A stretch of DNA of 61,647 nucleotides, filler included, from Choristocarpus tenellus KU-1152 (lineage: Eukaryota; Protista; Phaeophyceae), in assembly GCA_964200185.2 (NCBI GenBank). It is 7 parts of 7 records of this genome, joined end to end, with 100 filler letters (N's around TTAATTAATTAA, not from the genome) between each part and the next. Parts side by side here need not be neighbours in the genome. Positions count along the whole stretch, not along the records: positions 11,547 to 19,079 come from CAXNAD020006003.1; positions 19,180 to 25,032 come from CAXNAD020009591.1; 5 more parts are not named here. One strand, given 5' to 3'. Both the position numbers and the translations under genes were made by a program. Shown here in pieces: positions 12,553-25,132 of the stretch. The notes beneath the pieces are model-generated. The model ran no database searches. It saw nothing but the letters and a program-made list of their open reading frames with translations, and was not told the DNA's origin. The number at the start of each line of letters is the position of its first letter. Within the stretch, counting starts at the first letter, position 1.

Positions 12553-13054
12553 AGCTAGGTTGGAGACACTGGAGGCCAGTCGTGTAGCATAAGCTGATAG
12601 TAAAATAGGAAATACATTAATGTCTTCCACATTTACGACAACTGCTACTTGATTAGCAGTTATTTTGAGATTTAAATGGTTTTCTTTGGTTTTTTCGTGA
12701 CATATCTGCAAAATGTTAGAGGGAACAATAATATTAATAATAGCAATAGCAGCAGTAACGAGAATGAAAATAATACAAAAATAGTAACAAAAATATAAAT
12801 AAAATAGCAATTTACCAATGAATGAAAGTATTAGTAATATTATTGGTAATAGTATCAGTTATAGTATATTGTTTTATTATTATACCCTCTGACATTTTGG
12901 GATGTTTCAGGGGGAAAACCAATGAAAACTATTCACATGTCAGAAAAATCCCTAATAATGTAACAGTTGTCATAAATGTGAAAAACATTAATCTGTATAC
13001 TATTTTACTACCAGCTATGCTATACCAGGGCCTTCCTGCGCCTCCAACCTAGCT
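12553..13054. repeat. Long imperfect inverted repeat (arms ~12553-12735 and ~12874-13054, AT-rich spacer)
   Basis: AGCTAGGTTGGAG at the left end and CTCCAACCTAGCT at the right. The opposing ORFs 12526-12810(-) and 12822-13052(+) translate to similar peptides (IIVPSNIL..KTKEN..VVVNVEDIN vs IIIPSDIL..KTNEN..VVINVKNIN). Confidence 0.85.
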
Positions 13055-13059
13055 ATTCC

Positions 13060-13327
13060 TTCACCCCAGGGTGAGGAGGTAGGGAAGCATGTCAAGAATC
13101 TACCAAGCCTCTCGTTGCCCATTTCCCTGGTGTCCACAGCTTAAAATGCATGATATGTCTACACAGGGTCACCTGCATTGTAACAGAGACTATTTGTCAT
13201 AGGCGGGAGTTGACCACCCCTTTCTTGCTGTAGCCTACTGTCCCTCTCCCCCCTACTGTGTGCGTAGCTAGCTCATCCAGGAAACTTTCCGCTTGCTTAC
13301 CCAGGTGCCCAAAACTTTCCACTGTCA
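13060..13327 (-). mobile_element. 3' end of a second CRE-like RLE retrotransposon copy
   Basis: LTVESFGHLGKQAESFLDELATHTVGG..KKGVV..RL*QIVSVTMQV is paralogous to the end of ORF 5464-5883. Confidence 0.75.
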
Positions 13328-14094
13328 AAAGGTGTTGAGGTTGTAACTGCACTAATATAGTATAATATATCAATAAAACCAGCATATTTTTAGGAATAAA
13401 AATAACGATATAACTAATGAGAATGGTATCAACTACACATGGATGTGAAAAACGTGTATGAAATATTCTCAGTATATATATTGACTATGTAAAGAAGAGT
13501 TGGAAGTTAAAGTAACATATCATATATATATTATAGTGAGGTAAGTACGAAACCCACAGCTAACACTTTTTTAGAGGTAGCTGTCATTTTAGCATATAGT
13601 GTTGACTACTGAAGGAATGAGGTTCTCCAATGTTTGTCCTAGATCCCGTCACTTCTTCATGTGTTTTATCAAATACAAGTACCAAGTAGACCTAGCACAC
13701 AGCCTCCAAAATATTGCTTTTTGGTTCAATTTTTATTTTCTGTGCTGTACTCGGAATGATGGAATAATTTCCGCTATGAATCTCAAAAATACTCTGCTAT
13801 CTGTTAATACATTCTACATTTATGCCTTGCTATGTACGCTTCATGATCCATGACTTCCATTTATATTATAAACATAACTTACAAAAAATATATATTATAC
13901 ATATGCAATACCTTTTTCAAGTTCTTTATTGAATAGAATGAGATTACCCTTTTGTTTCAAAAGAAGAAAAAATGAGAAAATGAATGGAAAATTGTGCAAC
14001 AAATACATGAATTTGATGTCCGGAAAACAGTGGAGTCCTTCGAGAAACTGAGGGTCCCCACATCAACAAAAATAGCAGTAGTAGTGCCCCTCCA

Positions 14095-14249
14095 GACTCA
14101 AAGTATCTTTGGGGCCAATTTTTCATATGGTGATTTTTGGATGAGTCGGTTGCATTCATCGGATGGATAACTTAAGTACCCTTTCCCTGGTTATGCCCCA
14201 AACGGACGCCCTGGTGTAGACCCCCTCCCCCCCCCAGATACTTTGGGTC
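14095..14249. mobile_element. MITE family B complete copy (155 bp), flanked by a 4-bp direct repeat TCCA
   Basis: TIRs GACTCAAAGTATCTTTGGGG and CCCCCAGATACTTTGGGTC; TCCA at 14091-14094 and 14250-14253. Confidence 0.75.
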
Positions 14250-16479
14250 TCCACAAATGTAGTGAAGGAGCTCAGATACAGATAAAATTTGTAAAAAGAA
14301 ACAGAGAACATGAGCATGTTTCCTCTAACTTTTGAAGATATCATGGGTATGTCACAGATTGATGTACGTGTCCAACAAGCAATGAACCGTCCTCGAATCA
14401 TTATCAAGTGTTTCGAAAATATATGTGATACACGCACTCCTAATTGCTACTCATAACAAATTGAGCACGGTGTGTACTGTGAACGATAAAAAATATATTG
14501 TTTAATAAACTAATCTCTCTTTACTTGGACAAATTGTTTTGCTTCAATAGCAAGAGCATTCTATTGTGGCCAACGAAGAGTGATCTTGGTAAAATGCCCT
14601 CTGGAAAAATAGTGCAGGTAGATGAAGTACTCCAAATTCTTTGTCAGAAATGTTTCAACAGGGTTCGAGAATTTATCTACCATCTGTTGTGAAGTTTACT
14701 GAATATATTCGAACTAAACAATGGGGGTTTATCTCACCTTTTCTTACTGGGGTGTGTATTGCCTTGTTTAGGAAAGACACCATATATGAAGGTTAATCTT
14801 GGTGGATGGCACTTGCATCTCTGAGGAAGAAATCCAACCTTGGAAATTTCTGCCTTTCTCCAAGTGCTAGATCGCTCGTCATGGTCTGTAAGAAGGGAAT
14901 GACATGGACAATAGAGAGGGAAAGAGGAGAGGAATCCTCAAGTCAGTGATACAATGACCAGCAAGAAGAGAGATGAATGGATAAGAACAAGGCAGGTGTC
15001 AAACATCTCACTCATCACCAGATAAACCATTTGTTCCTTAGTGTTCCTGCTAATTTCTCCAATATGGTGCTTGGTCTGTTGTTGTTGTGTATCAAGATTT
15101 GGACGTGTTTTATCAGTAGAGAATGGCATGATGTGGTACTGCTGGCATTATCTGTTTTCCATTGGTCGAAAATATATTGATGTGAGGATGGAGTGGGAAA
15201 AAAAGTTGTTAACCTCTTTGTGGTGGAGGGAAGACGCGAAGGTGACACAATTGACTGCTTTAAGGTGGATGAGACAGGTTTATGCTGGGATTGGAAACAT
15301 GAGGCAGGCAAAGAAAAGTATGTGAGAATCAGTTAATACAGTAATTCATAGAGTTGCAGCCATCTAAGAACTCACTTCCATACAATATGACTATTAAGGC
15401 ATGGAAATATGAATATCTCCTGACTCATCGAGTCACAGTAACAGCATTACACCACCAAGAGCAGTTCCAATATCGTTTACCCACATGGATAAATCTTGAA
15501 CACCAGGGTCCTAAAGGGTTCAGTCGTTGTGAAACTTGGGACTATTTGTTCGGTGTATCAAATCTGCCAGTTCCTTCGCGTTTTGAAATCTCTCACACTA
15601 TCAACACAACAATCCAATTCAACATGTATTTTCCATGTGGTGAGTAACGGTGAGGCGAGGTGTCGTTCCGTCCAAGCACATCAACACAACAACAATACAT
15701 GATGCCTTTATCGACAACCAATCATTATATATGTCTTACATTCAAGTCGAAGAGTAGTATAGGCTGAAGATGTGATGACATAGACGCCTCTCGCCCACTC
15801 ATTACCGTCTACTTCGACTTGGAGTTCTCAAACTCACTCAAGTCTCGAGGTACCGAACGAACGAAGGTCGGTTGGGTCGAACACAGCGTCCAATTCCAAC
15901 CTAATCTATGCGTCCAAAAAAAGAGGCGAGGGGGGAGTACGTCTAAGTCATGCGATGAAACCCCATGCCCGAATATGTTGTTGATATATTTTTATGTTCT
16001 CTGGACGCTCTGCCCACCACACTCGTTTATTGAAGCTAGTTACCCTTGCCCCTGTTGGTTATTACTTGAAAGTATGTGATGCGTGGTTGAGTGTCTACGA
16101 ATTCCGTCCGTACCAATACGACGGGATCTCACCACATCCTCCAATATCTCTGTGTTTCGGTCAAATTCCCCAGCCCCATGCTCAAATATGCGATTTTGAT
16201 CATGAGTTTCTGAACCATTAGCCCTCTTCTCTAATGATGCCTGAAGGTCTAAGCCAAAAAGAAACCGTCAAGAACATTTGTTGCCCTCGCGCGCATGACA
16301 CGCAGAGAGAGAAATATTTCGTTGTAAGTTCTATTTGCAAGTGATTCGCGATACTGTGCATTGGAATCATGGACACGTCTTGTATGGTGGTGTTGTTGAG
16401 TAGCATTTCATGTTATTACCTCGTATACGCCCTGTGTTTGAAGCTGTGAGGAGTACAAACGCAGGGCTCCATTCGCTCC

Positions 16480-17930
16480 TATACGTTATCCATTTCGGCA
16501 TTGGATTCAGGAAGCTCTGGTGCAGTCCCTACATGGAATTGATGCGGTGAAAATGATGTGATTAGGCTCATTACCAATGTGGGTTTGAAAATTTGGGTTC
16601 GAATTTCCTTGAAGGCTTCACATCTAGTCCCATTGAACAGCATGCAAATGGACAATCGCACAGGCCACTTGTGCTGCACTGACGAGAGAGAAGATCGAAA
16701 CCAGATTGCGATTATTAGTTGGAAGATTTCAGTATCTTGTTCCAGAAATTCCCATACACAATGTGTAAACCCTCACAATTTACCTACCCTTCGTTGCCCC
16801 AAACTGATAGGGAATGAAGAGGGAGAGAGAGTCATCAATCATGGTGGGTATTCGATCTTTCTTCGCTCCTGCCCAGGACCCTTGGTGTTCAGTATGAACT
16901 CCTCAACCTACCCAGCATGCCTCTTCCAGGCTCCCGAGTATGGATGACCAAGCCTCAGAGGTCGTGGGGGTTATAAACAAGCTTAAAGAAGATGTTGAAG
17001 GTGAAGAGCCCACCTCTAAGGATACAATTAGGTCAACTGTGGTGGGGATGGATGAGCCGAAAGACTCGATACCCTCCCACAGATCCCATCCAGTCCTTCG
17101 ACGAGAATGTAGGTACAGTGCCCACCCATGTAATACCAGTAGACACACCTTGATCGTTCGTGATAAGCCGCGGAAAAGCAGCATTGTACACAATGCCGAG
17201 TGGGTGTCAGCCCGGATGTGCAGGTGTGGCCACGAAAGAGGGGAAGCACGCTCTAATCTTGCAATCAAGTCTATGGTGACTGGTATCTCTGAACGTGCAA
17301 CCTAGTTCACAGAAGAGAAAGCAAAACGCCTCATGCACTGCCAGCAACGTCACAGCCAGATGGGAACCTGATCTGATTAACACTACACCAACTCAACGAG
17401 ATTTCTCTGAAGTGCTTCAATACAGACAACCTGTTGTAAGATGTGATCCGATCAACACTGTGCTGACTGGATGGATTTTCGCTGGAATGCTTCAATGCAG
17501 AAGCGCTGTTGCAGGACAGTCAGCAACATCTTCTTGTCTGTATTGAAGTATTGCAGGCGAAATTTCATGGGGTTAACATAGTGTTGATTTGATTGTAACG
17601 CGTCACTGTATGATTGTGATTTTGCTGACAGTGCAGGAGGTGCTTTGCTCTGTCCTCTGTGGACCAAGTTGCATGTTCAAGGATACCAGTGACCTTAGTC
17701 CTGGATGTGAGGTTGGAATGTGCATTGCAGGCCTTCTATTCTACTGTGGCCTCACATGTACACCTGTGTCCACCACTTGCTGTTGGTTCTCTACCATACG
17801 AATAGGACTACCTTCCTCCCTAACCAACTGCACCTGGGTACCAAGGTTACTGTGGTCGGTGTGTTGCATGTTTTGCCTGACTGCAGCCACTCTGCCCTCA
17901 ACAAGCACACTTTCTCTTCAACTGTTGAGA
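16480..17930 (-). mobile_element. Degenerate Gypsy-like LTR retrotransposon (gag-protease-RT start)
   Basis: Minus-strand fragments IDLIARL and LVLHGWALYLHS..GWD resemble the protease/ILGMPWL region, followed by an SPFGSP..LFV..LRLC-like RT N-terminus. Stops and frameshifts throughout. Confidence 0.45.
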
Positions 17931-19079
17931 GATAGGTTGTGACTCCTCACACACATATATATTTGTGTGTGTCTGTGTGTCCATATATGTATATAAATCG
18001 TTCTCAGTCTTTTGGTACTGTGCCTGCCTGCTCAGGGTTAGGGCTAGGGTTAGATTTGACAGTTGTTTGGTTGGCCCCTTTTGTGGTTGTGAAAAGAGTG
18101 GTAATCGTGCTGAGAGGTGTAAAGAAAAGGTAATGGTTTTTATAATATTCTGGAGGCATTAAGAGAGCAGTTGTCCTTGCTTGTGCTCCTTGTATAAGTG
18201 ATGTGAAGATAGGGTGGCTAGGGTAAGGGTTAGGTTTGTTATCATTTTTTTCCAAGATGGATAAAGAATATACTGAGTTGTAGATCTAAGTGGCTATTAA
18301 CACGTCTACTTTTTTTCCTACCAATACTACAGTGTCATTTTTCGTTATTGCTTTATAGAATGATGACCTTGCATATTTTGTAGGACCCATCAGTGGGGGA
18401 TGTAAGAGCTACTACAGATTTTGTAGATGTCCACTTTCTCATATTTCCATTTTTTAAATATTTTTCGCTGTGTTCTTAAAGTTAGAAATGTTGTCCAATT
18501 GGAGATGTGGAGAGAAGAGGGTATGAGGAAGGCACTTGGTGTTGATATATGTGTATTTTATGGTGGTGATTGTGAAATTGCTGCAGGAACAAAATATTGA
18601 CCACTTCATCATTCTGTTGCTAGCCCCACTTGAATATAACATTGCAAGTAGGAAGTGGTGAGTTTTGAAATGACAGTGAGAGTGGGAGTGACCTTGTGGA
18701 AGAGTATTCTATTTCACCCAAAATGACTGTTGGAGTAGTGTTACTATGGATTGGCTTCCCAGTTACGACCAAGACATGCTTGTTGACCATTGCTCTATGC
18801 ATTGACAATCAGGCACACTACACACTTCCACACATGCAGTAACATTCTAACAAATTGGGGTTAGGGTTTCATTATTGGCAATGGTAACGGGATTAGCTAT
18901 TTGTAGGGTTAGGGTTAGTGTCCCACATTGTATTGGGCCACATGTTTTCACAATATATCAGAGATTAGGTCATCTTTTCCCAATTTGGGGGGGGTGATGG
19001 GTCCAGATGACATAGGGTACATCCCTGGTGGTGTAAGGTAACACCCAACACACTGTCAACAGTTTCTTTCGTGGTCCTA

Positions 19080-19179
19080 NNNNNNNNNNNNNNNNNNNNN
19101 NNNNNNNNNNNNNNNNNNNNNNNTTAATTAATTAANNNNNNNNNNNNNNNNNNNNNNNNNNNNNNNNNNNNNNNNNNNN
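19080..19179. other. Artificial contig spacer
   Basis: N44-TTAATTAATTAA-N44. Confidence 0.98.
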
Positions 19180-19246
19180 CCACAAGAGAATCTCCTTCCG
19201 TCCGCCAACACTTCGCCCCCCCCCCCCCCCCCCCCGTGGTACTCAC

Positions 19247-22200
19247 CAACACATCCCACTGGTCCACAACCCTGCCAGAAACAGCCTATTCGTGGCATCA
19301 GTAAAGAACTTTCTCACCATTTTCCTCGCCACTTGGCAACATATTGTCATCACAACATCAACAAGCCGTTCTAATTTTTTTACACTAAGCTCTAAGTGAA
19401 GAAGTCAACATACAACGAACAGGAAAATAAATAAAAAAAAGTACCATATTTCAATAAATATGGCCTTCCACCATACCCTCCCCTATCCCCTAAAACTAAA
19501 ACACCAATGGGTCATACACACCTACCCCCTTAAACAAACACCTGTACAGAGCAGTGATGAAGGCAAGGGTGAGACCTGTAGGGCCAATCAGGGTCATGGG
19601 CTGACCGCTGAACAAGGCATACGAAACCCCTCCCACCCCACAGGCAATGATGTACTCGATCACACCCATGCAGCCCCCAGTCACCTATTACATGGAAGGC
19701 AGTACATGAGCACACAAATAAATACAAGAACACAAGAGTTATTTTTTTACTTTCTAAGAAAAAAAGACCAAGAAAAAGTAAGCGTTACGTGTTCAAGAAA
19801 AGGAAATGTTAGACGCAATCTATACAATATTGCACAACACTAATAAAAAAACACACACACACACACACCAGTTTGAATGCACCCACCCCTCCAACCACAC
19901 ACCACACTTTTATTAGTAGGTAGTAGCAGCAGTAGTGACGTTACCCATTAGTAATGGATTATTATATTTCTATATATACCTGTGCAGAAATGCCTCCGAA
20001 GGCAACTGCAGGCAGCAGGCAGGCAAAGTATAGGAAAAGAATCGAGGGCAAGGACTTGTGGTTCACTCCATCAGTCCAATCTGATTTGTAAACTTGAGAC
20101 CTGCAGAACAAGAACAATGAAACCGACATCCATGCGAATACACACGCACGTACATATTGGAAGGCATGAGCGGGAGAGCATTCTTAGAGGTAGCAGTGGA
20201 GAGCAGCTACAGTGCGCTACAGGGCAGAGCTCAGGACCACTTGGAAGGCGTGTGTGTACAGGTACATAGACAAGAGGGGCTAAGAAGAGGAATATTGTTC
20301 GAAGATTTTTTTTAATCAAGGTTTCAGCGTTCCCATTGTGGCAGGCGAAAAATTACAAGGCAGCATGAAGATTCTACTGTTCTAGTGTTGTTCCAGCGAA
20401 AATGCGCTGGCAATGTAAGGTATACCCCTGTTTGTCTGCTAGACTACTGTTGGTTGAACTTCTTCGTTACCATCATGCCACCCTGCAGACGAAAAATAAA
20501 ACAAACATCACACTTTCGTGCACTGGATTCAACCCTCAACACCACTGTCACCTTGCGTAGCCCAGGGGTTGGCTCCGAAGCAAATTGTGGAGTGTAGTCA
20601 ATGAGATTCCACGTACAATTATTTTTTCCAGCAGCATCGTCAATACAAGTTGACAGTAGTATAGACCTCAAATATGTGCTGCTGAAAAGGAGCTTACTCC
20701 ATTCTACAACTCAATCCTAGCGCCAAAACCTACACCAACCTCCCCTGAAATAATCACCTTTCGCAGGAGTGTGTTTCTATTTTTTTTATCTTGTGCAACA
20801 CATCAAAAGTGCACTACATGTGCATATATATATATTCATGTGTATACGTGCAACTGATACAAGGTGTAACTGATACACACATTTGGACATTGGTAATACC
20901 ATGATAAGAACAAGCACAGAAGATTACGGCTTGGCGCCTCAATACCCCCCTCGACAATTTATCTCTAACAAAAAAAAAAAACGAACAAGGTGGTGACAAA
21001 AAGATCCAAGTCTAGCATAGCAGACTAGGGCAAGAGAGGGCAGAGTTATTGATGTGCAGGATTTTTTTTCAATTTAGGAAATACACAATGGTACTGTAGC
21101 TTCAATAATTATCTGGCATTCCCAGCACTTCGTCTATCCCAGGTTTGAAGGCTCCACCCAGCACATATGTTACCCTGCTAGCAGATCCAGTCCCCAATAC
21201 ACTCGAACTACCCTCAAAGATCCCCATAAACCAGACCCAGGAGCAGAAATATATTCGACAAAAGCTTACCGCGTCCGGATATCTTCTTCAAGGTCAGCTC
21301 CTAGGCGTAACTTCGGCACCTCCTTCTGCGCTTCCTTCACGGCTGAGTTAGATCGTGGCGGAGTCCACACATTTTCCTTGGGGACAAACTCTTTCCGCGC
21401 GACTGCTGAATTTCCCCACTTGAAGGTGCTTCGGAGTACCCCCCTAAGCAATCCCGTGGGTTTCCCACCCATCCCTCTCATTCCCCCTCGGCCCCATCCG
21501 GCACTCACAGACTTCCCAACTCGTCTCGTTGGGCGCTCCCACGCCACAGGTTCATCTTGCCCTCGACCCGGAAACCTAGACCTGGCCCCATCTGCTCCCA
21601 CTCCTCCGCTGTTAATATTTGTCAACTTACGTCCTCGTCCTAGGAAACTTCCAAACCGCGCTTGCGCTCCCTCTTTTTTTAGGGAGCACAAAGGGGTGAT
21701 GCTAAGCCTTGCTCCACCACTAGAAGTTAAGGCGGGGACAACGCGGAGGGGCGAGGATAGCTGCCTCGGTGTGGCAGGGCTGACGAAGCCCAGCTGCGTG
21801 TCACCAGCAGAGGCTGTCAGCGAGTTGTTTGGGGCAGGGAAGAAAAGTACTGTGAGACATTGCTTAAGAGATAGACAGAGAGAAAGAGAGAGAGGTTCGA
21901 TTTGGAAGGGATGACTAAGAGCTCTACCGCAATGTCAGCGATAATATTCATATTTGCGGCAAGGAAGTACCCAGAAGATTTATTTATCACGTCCAATGAG
22001 TCATGACACTATTAGCAGATTTCGCTACCGAAACTATGTGCCCTGGAGTGACTCATTACTACCCTTTGTTACAAATATTTGGTGGACAGTACACTCCACA
22101 AGGCATGAAGGATTGGTCAGGACGCTTGATGTCATAGGATAGGATTATGACTCCGTCTTCTTGTGTTGAAAGGGTGATTTTCATGCGCCCTAACGGAACA

Positions 22201-22434
22201 TGAATGCAGTGGTTATAGCATGTCACCATGATTCAAGAGATACAATGGTAATGACATGATATCAATTGACCTAACGCCATTGTGGTCGTGCAAGAGCATT
22301 CTGAACAAGAAAAACACAGTTGGTGGAGTGGAGACTTGACCTGAGGTTGTGACCAACAATATGCCCGCCACAAAGCCCAGCGGGGAGCATGTCGTCCATC
22401 TTCCGGGCTGGTACCCAGGATGGCCCCTTCTCAT
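19247..22434 (-). CDS. SLC4: SLC4/HCO3- cotransporter family anion transporter (bicarbonate/borate), probably plastid-targeted; 5' part, truncated by contig end
   Basis: Phase-compatible GT-AG exons 22434-22341, 21849-21270, 20100-19980, 19684-19542 and 19271-19247 give MRRG..LGFVAGILLVTTSVLFF..LGADLEEDIRTRSQVYKSDWTDGVNHKSLPSILFLYFACLLPAVAFGG..MGVIEYII..YALFSGQPMTLIGPTGLTLAF. These carry the SLC4 signature motifs (SDxxDG, FLYFAxLxPAIxFGG, FSGQPLxIxGxTG). Confidence 0.93.
19850..19868. repeat. (CA)n microsatellite in SLC4 intron
   Basis: Direct dinucleotide run. Confidence 0.85.
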
Positions 22435-22890
22435 GTCTAGCTGGTGAATTTCACACAGCCAGGAGTCTAAGGGAATATATTCCCCTCGGCAAGAAGGGTG
22501 TGGATGGTGCTGGTGTGTGCCTCTGTCGTGGTGTGTTGGTTTGGTATTTTTTGGTGTCTTGTGAGATGACGGTGAGAGTTTCACCAATGGCAGGCGTTTA
22601 CTTCATGGTGATGTGTTGGAGATACTACGTCTCGGTAATTTACTATAATTGATGACCTCATATATTTTCCCAACATGTTGGAAGAGCTTCAAACTTGTAT
22701 ATAGAGATCATGTCAATGCTGACCTTGCGACGGTGGGTCAGGGAACCCAGAATGGTGGATGAGGTGGAGGGAAGCGTATATTGCTGAGGGGGTTGTATAT
22801 TTCCTGATCTATCTGATTCCACCTCTACCCGAGGTGTGGGCCCTAGATCTGCTTTGGTAGGTGTAAAGATCGCCTTAAATCTCAATTGAG
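22435..22890. promoter_or_regulatory. Putative bidirectional promoter and 5' UTRs between SLC4 and the CruP-like gene
   Basis: 456 bp between divergent ATGs (22434 on -, 22891 on +). Central AT-rich stretch TAATTTACTATAATT near 22636-22650. Function is inferred from position only. Confidence 0.55.
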
Positions 22891-24910
22891 ATGAGACTCT
22901 CCTCCAACATCCTCGCATGCGTTGCATTGACCGTATGGTACCGAGCAGATGGCTACCTACCAGGAGCACCCCTCTTGAGAAAAAGCCCTTCGGAAGGTGA
23001 GCGCATTATTTAAAGCCCACAGGTTTGCAGCTACTCCCCTTTGATGCCCGTTTTGAGTAGTTTGTGACTGCTCTGCGCAGTTGTGATCTCGACCCTCCAC
23101 CAAGAGTCCTGGTCCATATCTTCAATTGAGCTCTTACTCTGTCACTGACATCTTCGACGCTCTTAAGTGGGCAATTGAATTATTTTCCTTTTACTTAGCT
23201 TCTGTGATGTTGGTCTAAGTTCTCCATATCTCTCGTTCTTCTGCAGCAGTCAGTCTTGAGATGCAGTAACCTCCTTCAAAACATGCTCATGAACATTTCC
23301 TTTCCTACATGTCCCTGTCCCCAGTGTGTTCGAACATCTTTGCACATGCTATTATCAGCTGCCCTACGCCCTTTTTCCCCTCTTGAGTTGTGAAAGAGTT
23401 CCTATGTGGGCGATGCTAAACACCCCACCTCGACGAGAGGTGGAAGTTATCGAGAATGACATAGATTGCAATTCTGACTCCAGTGTCGAGCCTACACTAC
23501 GCCTTGTCCGAAAGTGCTTATATGTGGAGGTCCTACCGCCAAATACAGGACATTTCCGATATGTGGTACCAAACATGATAGCCTCTGTTTCAGGGGAAAC
23601 TGGGGCTAAGAGCAGGACACAAAGAATCATGGAGTCGTTGCCGACAGAAAAGCAGGCGATGGGCGCAGGAGGTTCTTCGACCTATCAGGTTGGGCAGTCA
23701 GTGTTGTAGCTGAGGTAATTTTAGTGGGAGCAAGGGTGATATATTGACGTAGCATGGCGGTGGAGCTCAACTCCGTACCTCCACACCCCCTCGTAATCAA
23801 TGTTTCAAATCATACACGATGATCTTTTACCCGCTATCGTGACCCAAACTCCTTCTAGGGCATTTATTGCTTCTTTGGCTGCTGAACATTCTGATATAGT
23901 TGTGGACCAGTACAGTCTGTCATTTGTTGGCATGAATGCGTTCGGAAGGCCTGTTGCTTTGCCTTGCCGTAGGTGGGACAGGGTCGATGGGTCCCACTGA
24001 TTATTTTCCGTTTGTGATTTTTTTTAAGTGGTCTTTAAGTGTAGGTGGTCAGAAAACGCACATCCACATACTTCCTCTGGAATCTTGGGAGTTACCTAAT
24101 GATAATGTTAATTTACAACCTTATCACTTGTGTTGCATAGCGCACAAAAGCACACTCCTAACGTCCTTCCCGTAATGTGTATATAATACAGTGACCTCGT
24201 TTACTTTCCGATCCAATCCTGCCTGGGGGTTGGGGTTGGGGGTTCCATTTTTCAGATCAATAGACCCAGTAGTGTACATTTCACTCCTTTTGACCTCGTA
24301 CTGTGACATCAATGGCTCAACCACCGTCCATAGCTGAGGCAGGTACAGCGCCTTCTTTACAATTTCCGCTTGCAACAACTTTTCTCACCTCTTCTCTCTC
24401 TATGGCACGTTTTCTATGGGAATTCCCTGACCCCAACCCCAACCCCCTTCCCCACTCCTCTTGCCATTGCTATTGTTTAGCGCTTTGATGTCCAAGTACT
24501 GCCCCCTATCCATAAACAATATCAGCGGTGTGAAGGGCCCGAAAATAGGATGCTATGAAGTACACAATGCAGTACGACGCTCGCACACACATGCATATAG
24601 TCCATCCACAACAAGCCAGGCAGGAACTACAAGTAAGTCCTCTGTTCCCCACCCCCTAACCCTAGACCCGTCCCCGCCTTTTTGCCTTCCCATCCTGCCC
24701 TCAATGAGGATGCCTTTGAAAATTTCAGGGTCTTCTGAACGCAGACAAGGGATGGATGAGCCTGCGGAACATGAAGACTGGTGCCGACGCTGGACCCACT
24801 CCAGAGTTTGTGAGGGAGAGCCCCGTGCCTCTGGAGACCCCTCCAATGTTTGACATCGTGGTGTGTGGAGGAACCCTTGGCATCTTTGCTGCCACCGCGC
24901 TGCAGTTGAG
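22891..24910 (+). CDS. cruP: CruP-like lycopene cyclase paralog / FAD-dependent oxidoreductase, plastid-targeted; 5' part, truncated by contig end
   Basis: Exons 22891-22996, 23594-23688 (an alternative in-phase acceptor exists near 23399) and 24729-24910 give MRLSSNILACVALTVWYRADG-YLP..SRTQRIMESL..GAGGSSTYQGLLNADKGW..FDIVVCGGTLGIFAATALQLR. SRTQRIME, GAGG and DxVVCGGTLGIF are characteristic of algal and plant CruP N-termini. Confidence 0.85.
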
Positions 24911-25032
24911 GTGAGGCCCCATGGGGAGTTGGTATTACTGTGCTGCGGGAGAAGGTGCCGATTAGAGGTTGAGGCAGGTAAGGGGGGCTGGGCTAGGTAG
25001 GGAGGGGGGGGGTTGGAAGGGTGGGTTGGGAA

Positions 25033-25132
25033 NNNNNNNNNNNNNNNNNNNNNNNNNNNNNNNNNNNNNNNNNNNNTTAATTAATTAANNNNNNNNNNNN
25101 NNNNNNNNNNNNNNNNNNNNNNNNNNNNNNNN
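25033..25132. other. Artificial contig spacer
   Basis: N44-TTAATTAATTAA-N44. Confidence 0.98.

Noticed and set aside
12526-13052. Two similar small hydrophobic ORFs as a duplicated membrane peptide pair
   Set aside because: The similarity is explained by the DNA inverted repeat, and the hydrophobicity by AT-rich low complexity.
14450-15330. Possible minus-strand exons (acceptor near 14886) or a Tc1-like NPVE motif
   Set aside because: No consistent frame or recognisable domain.
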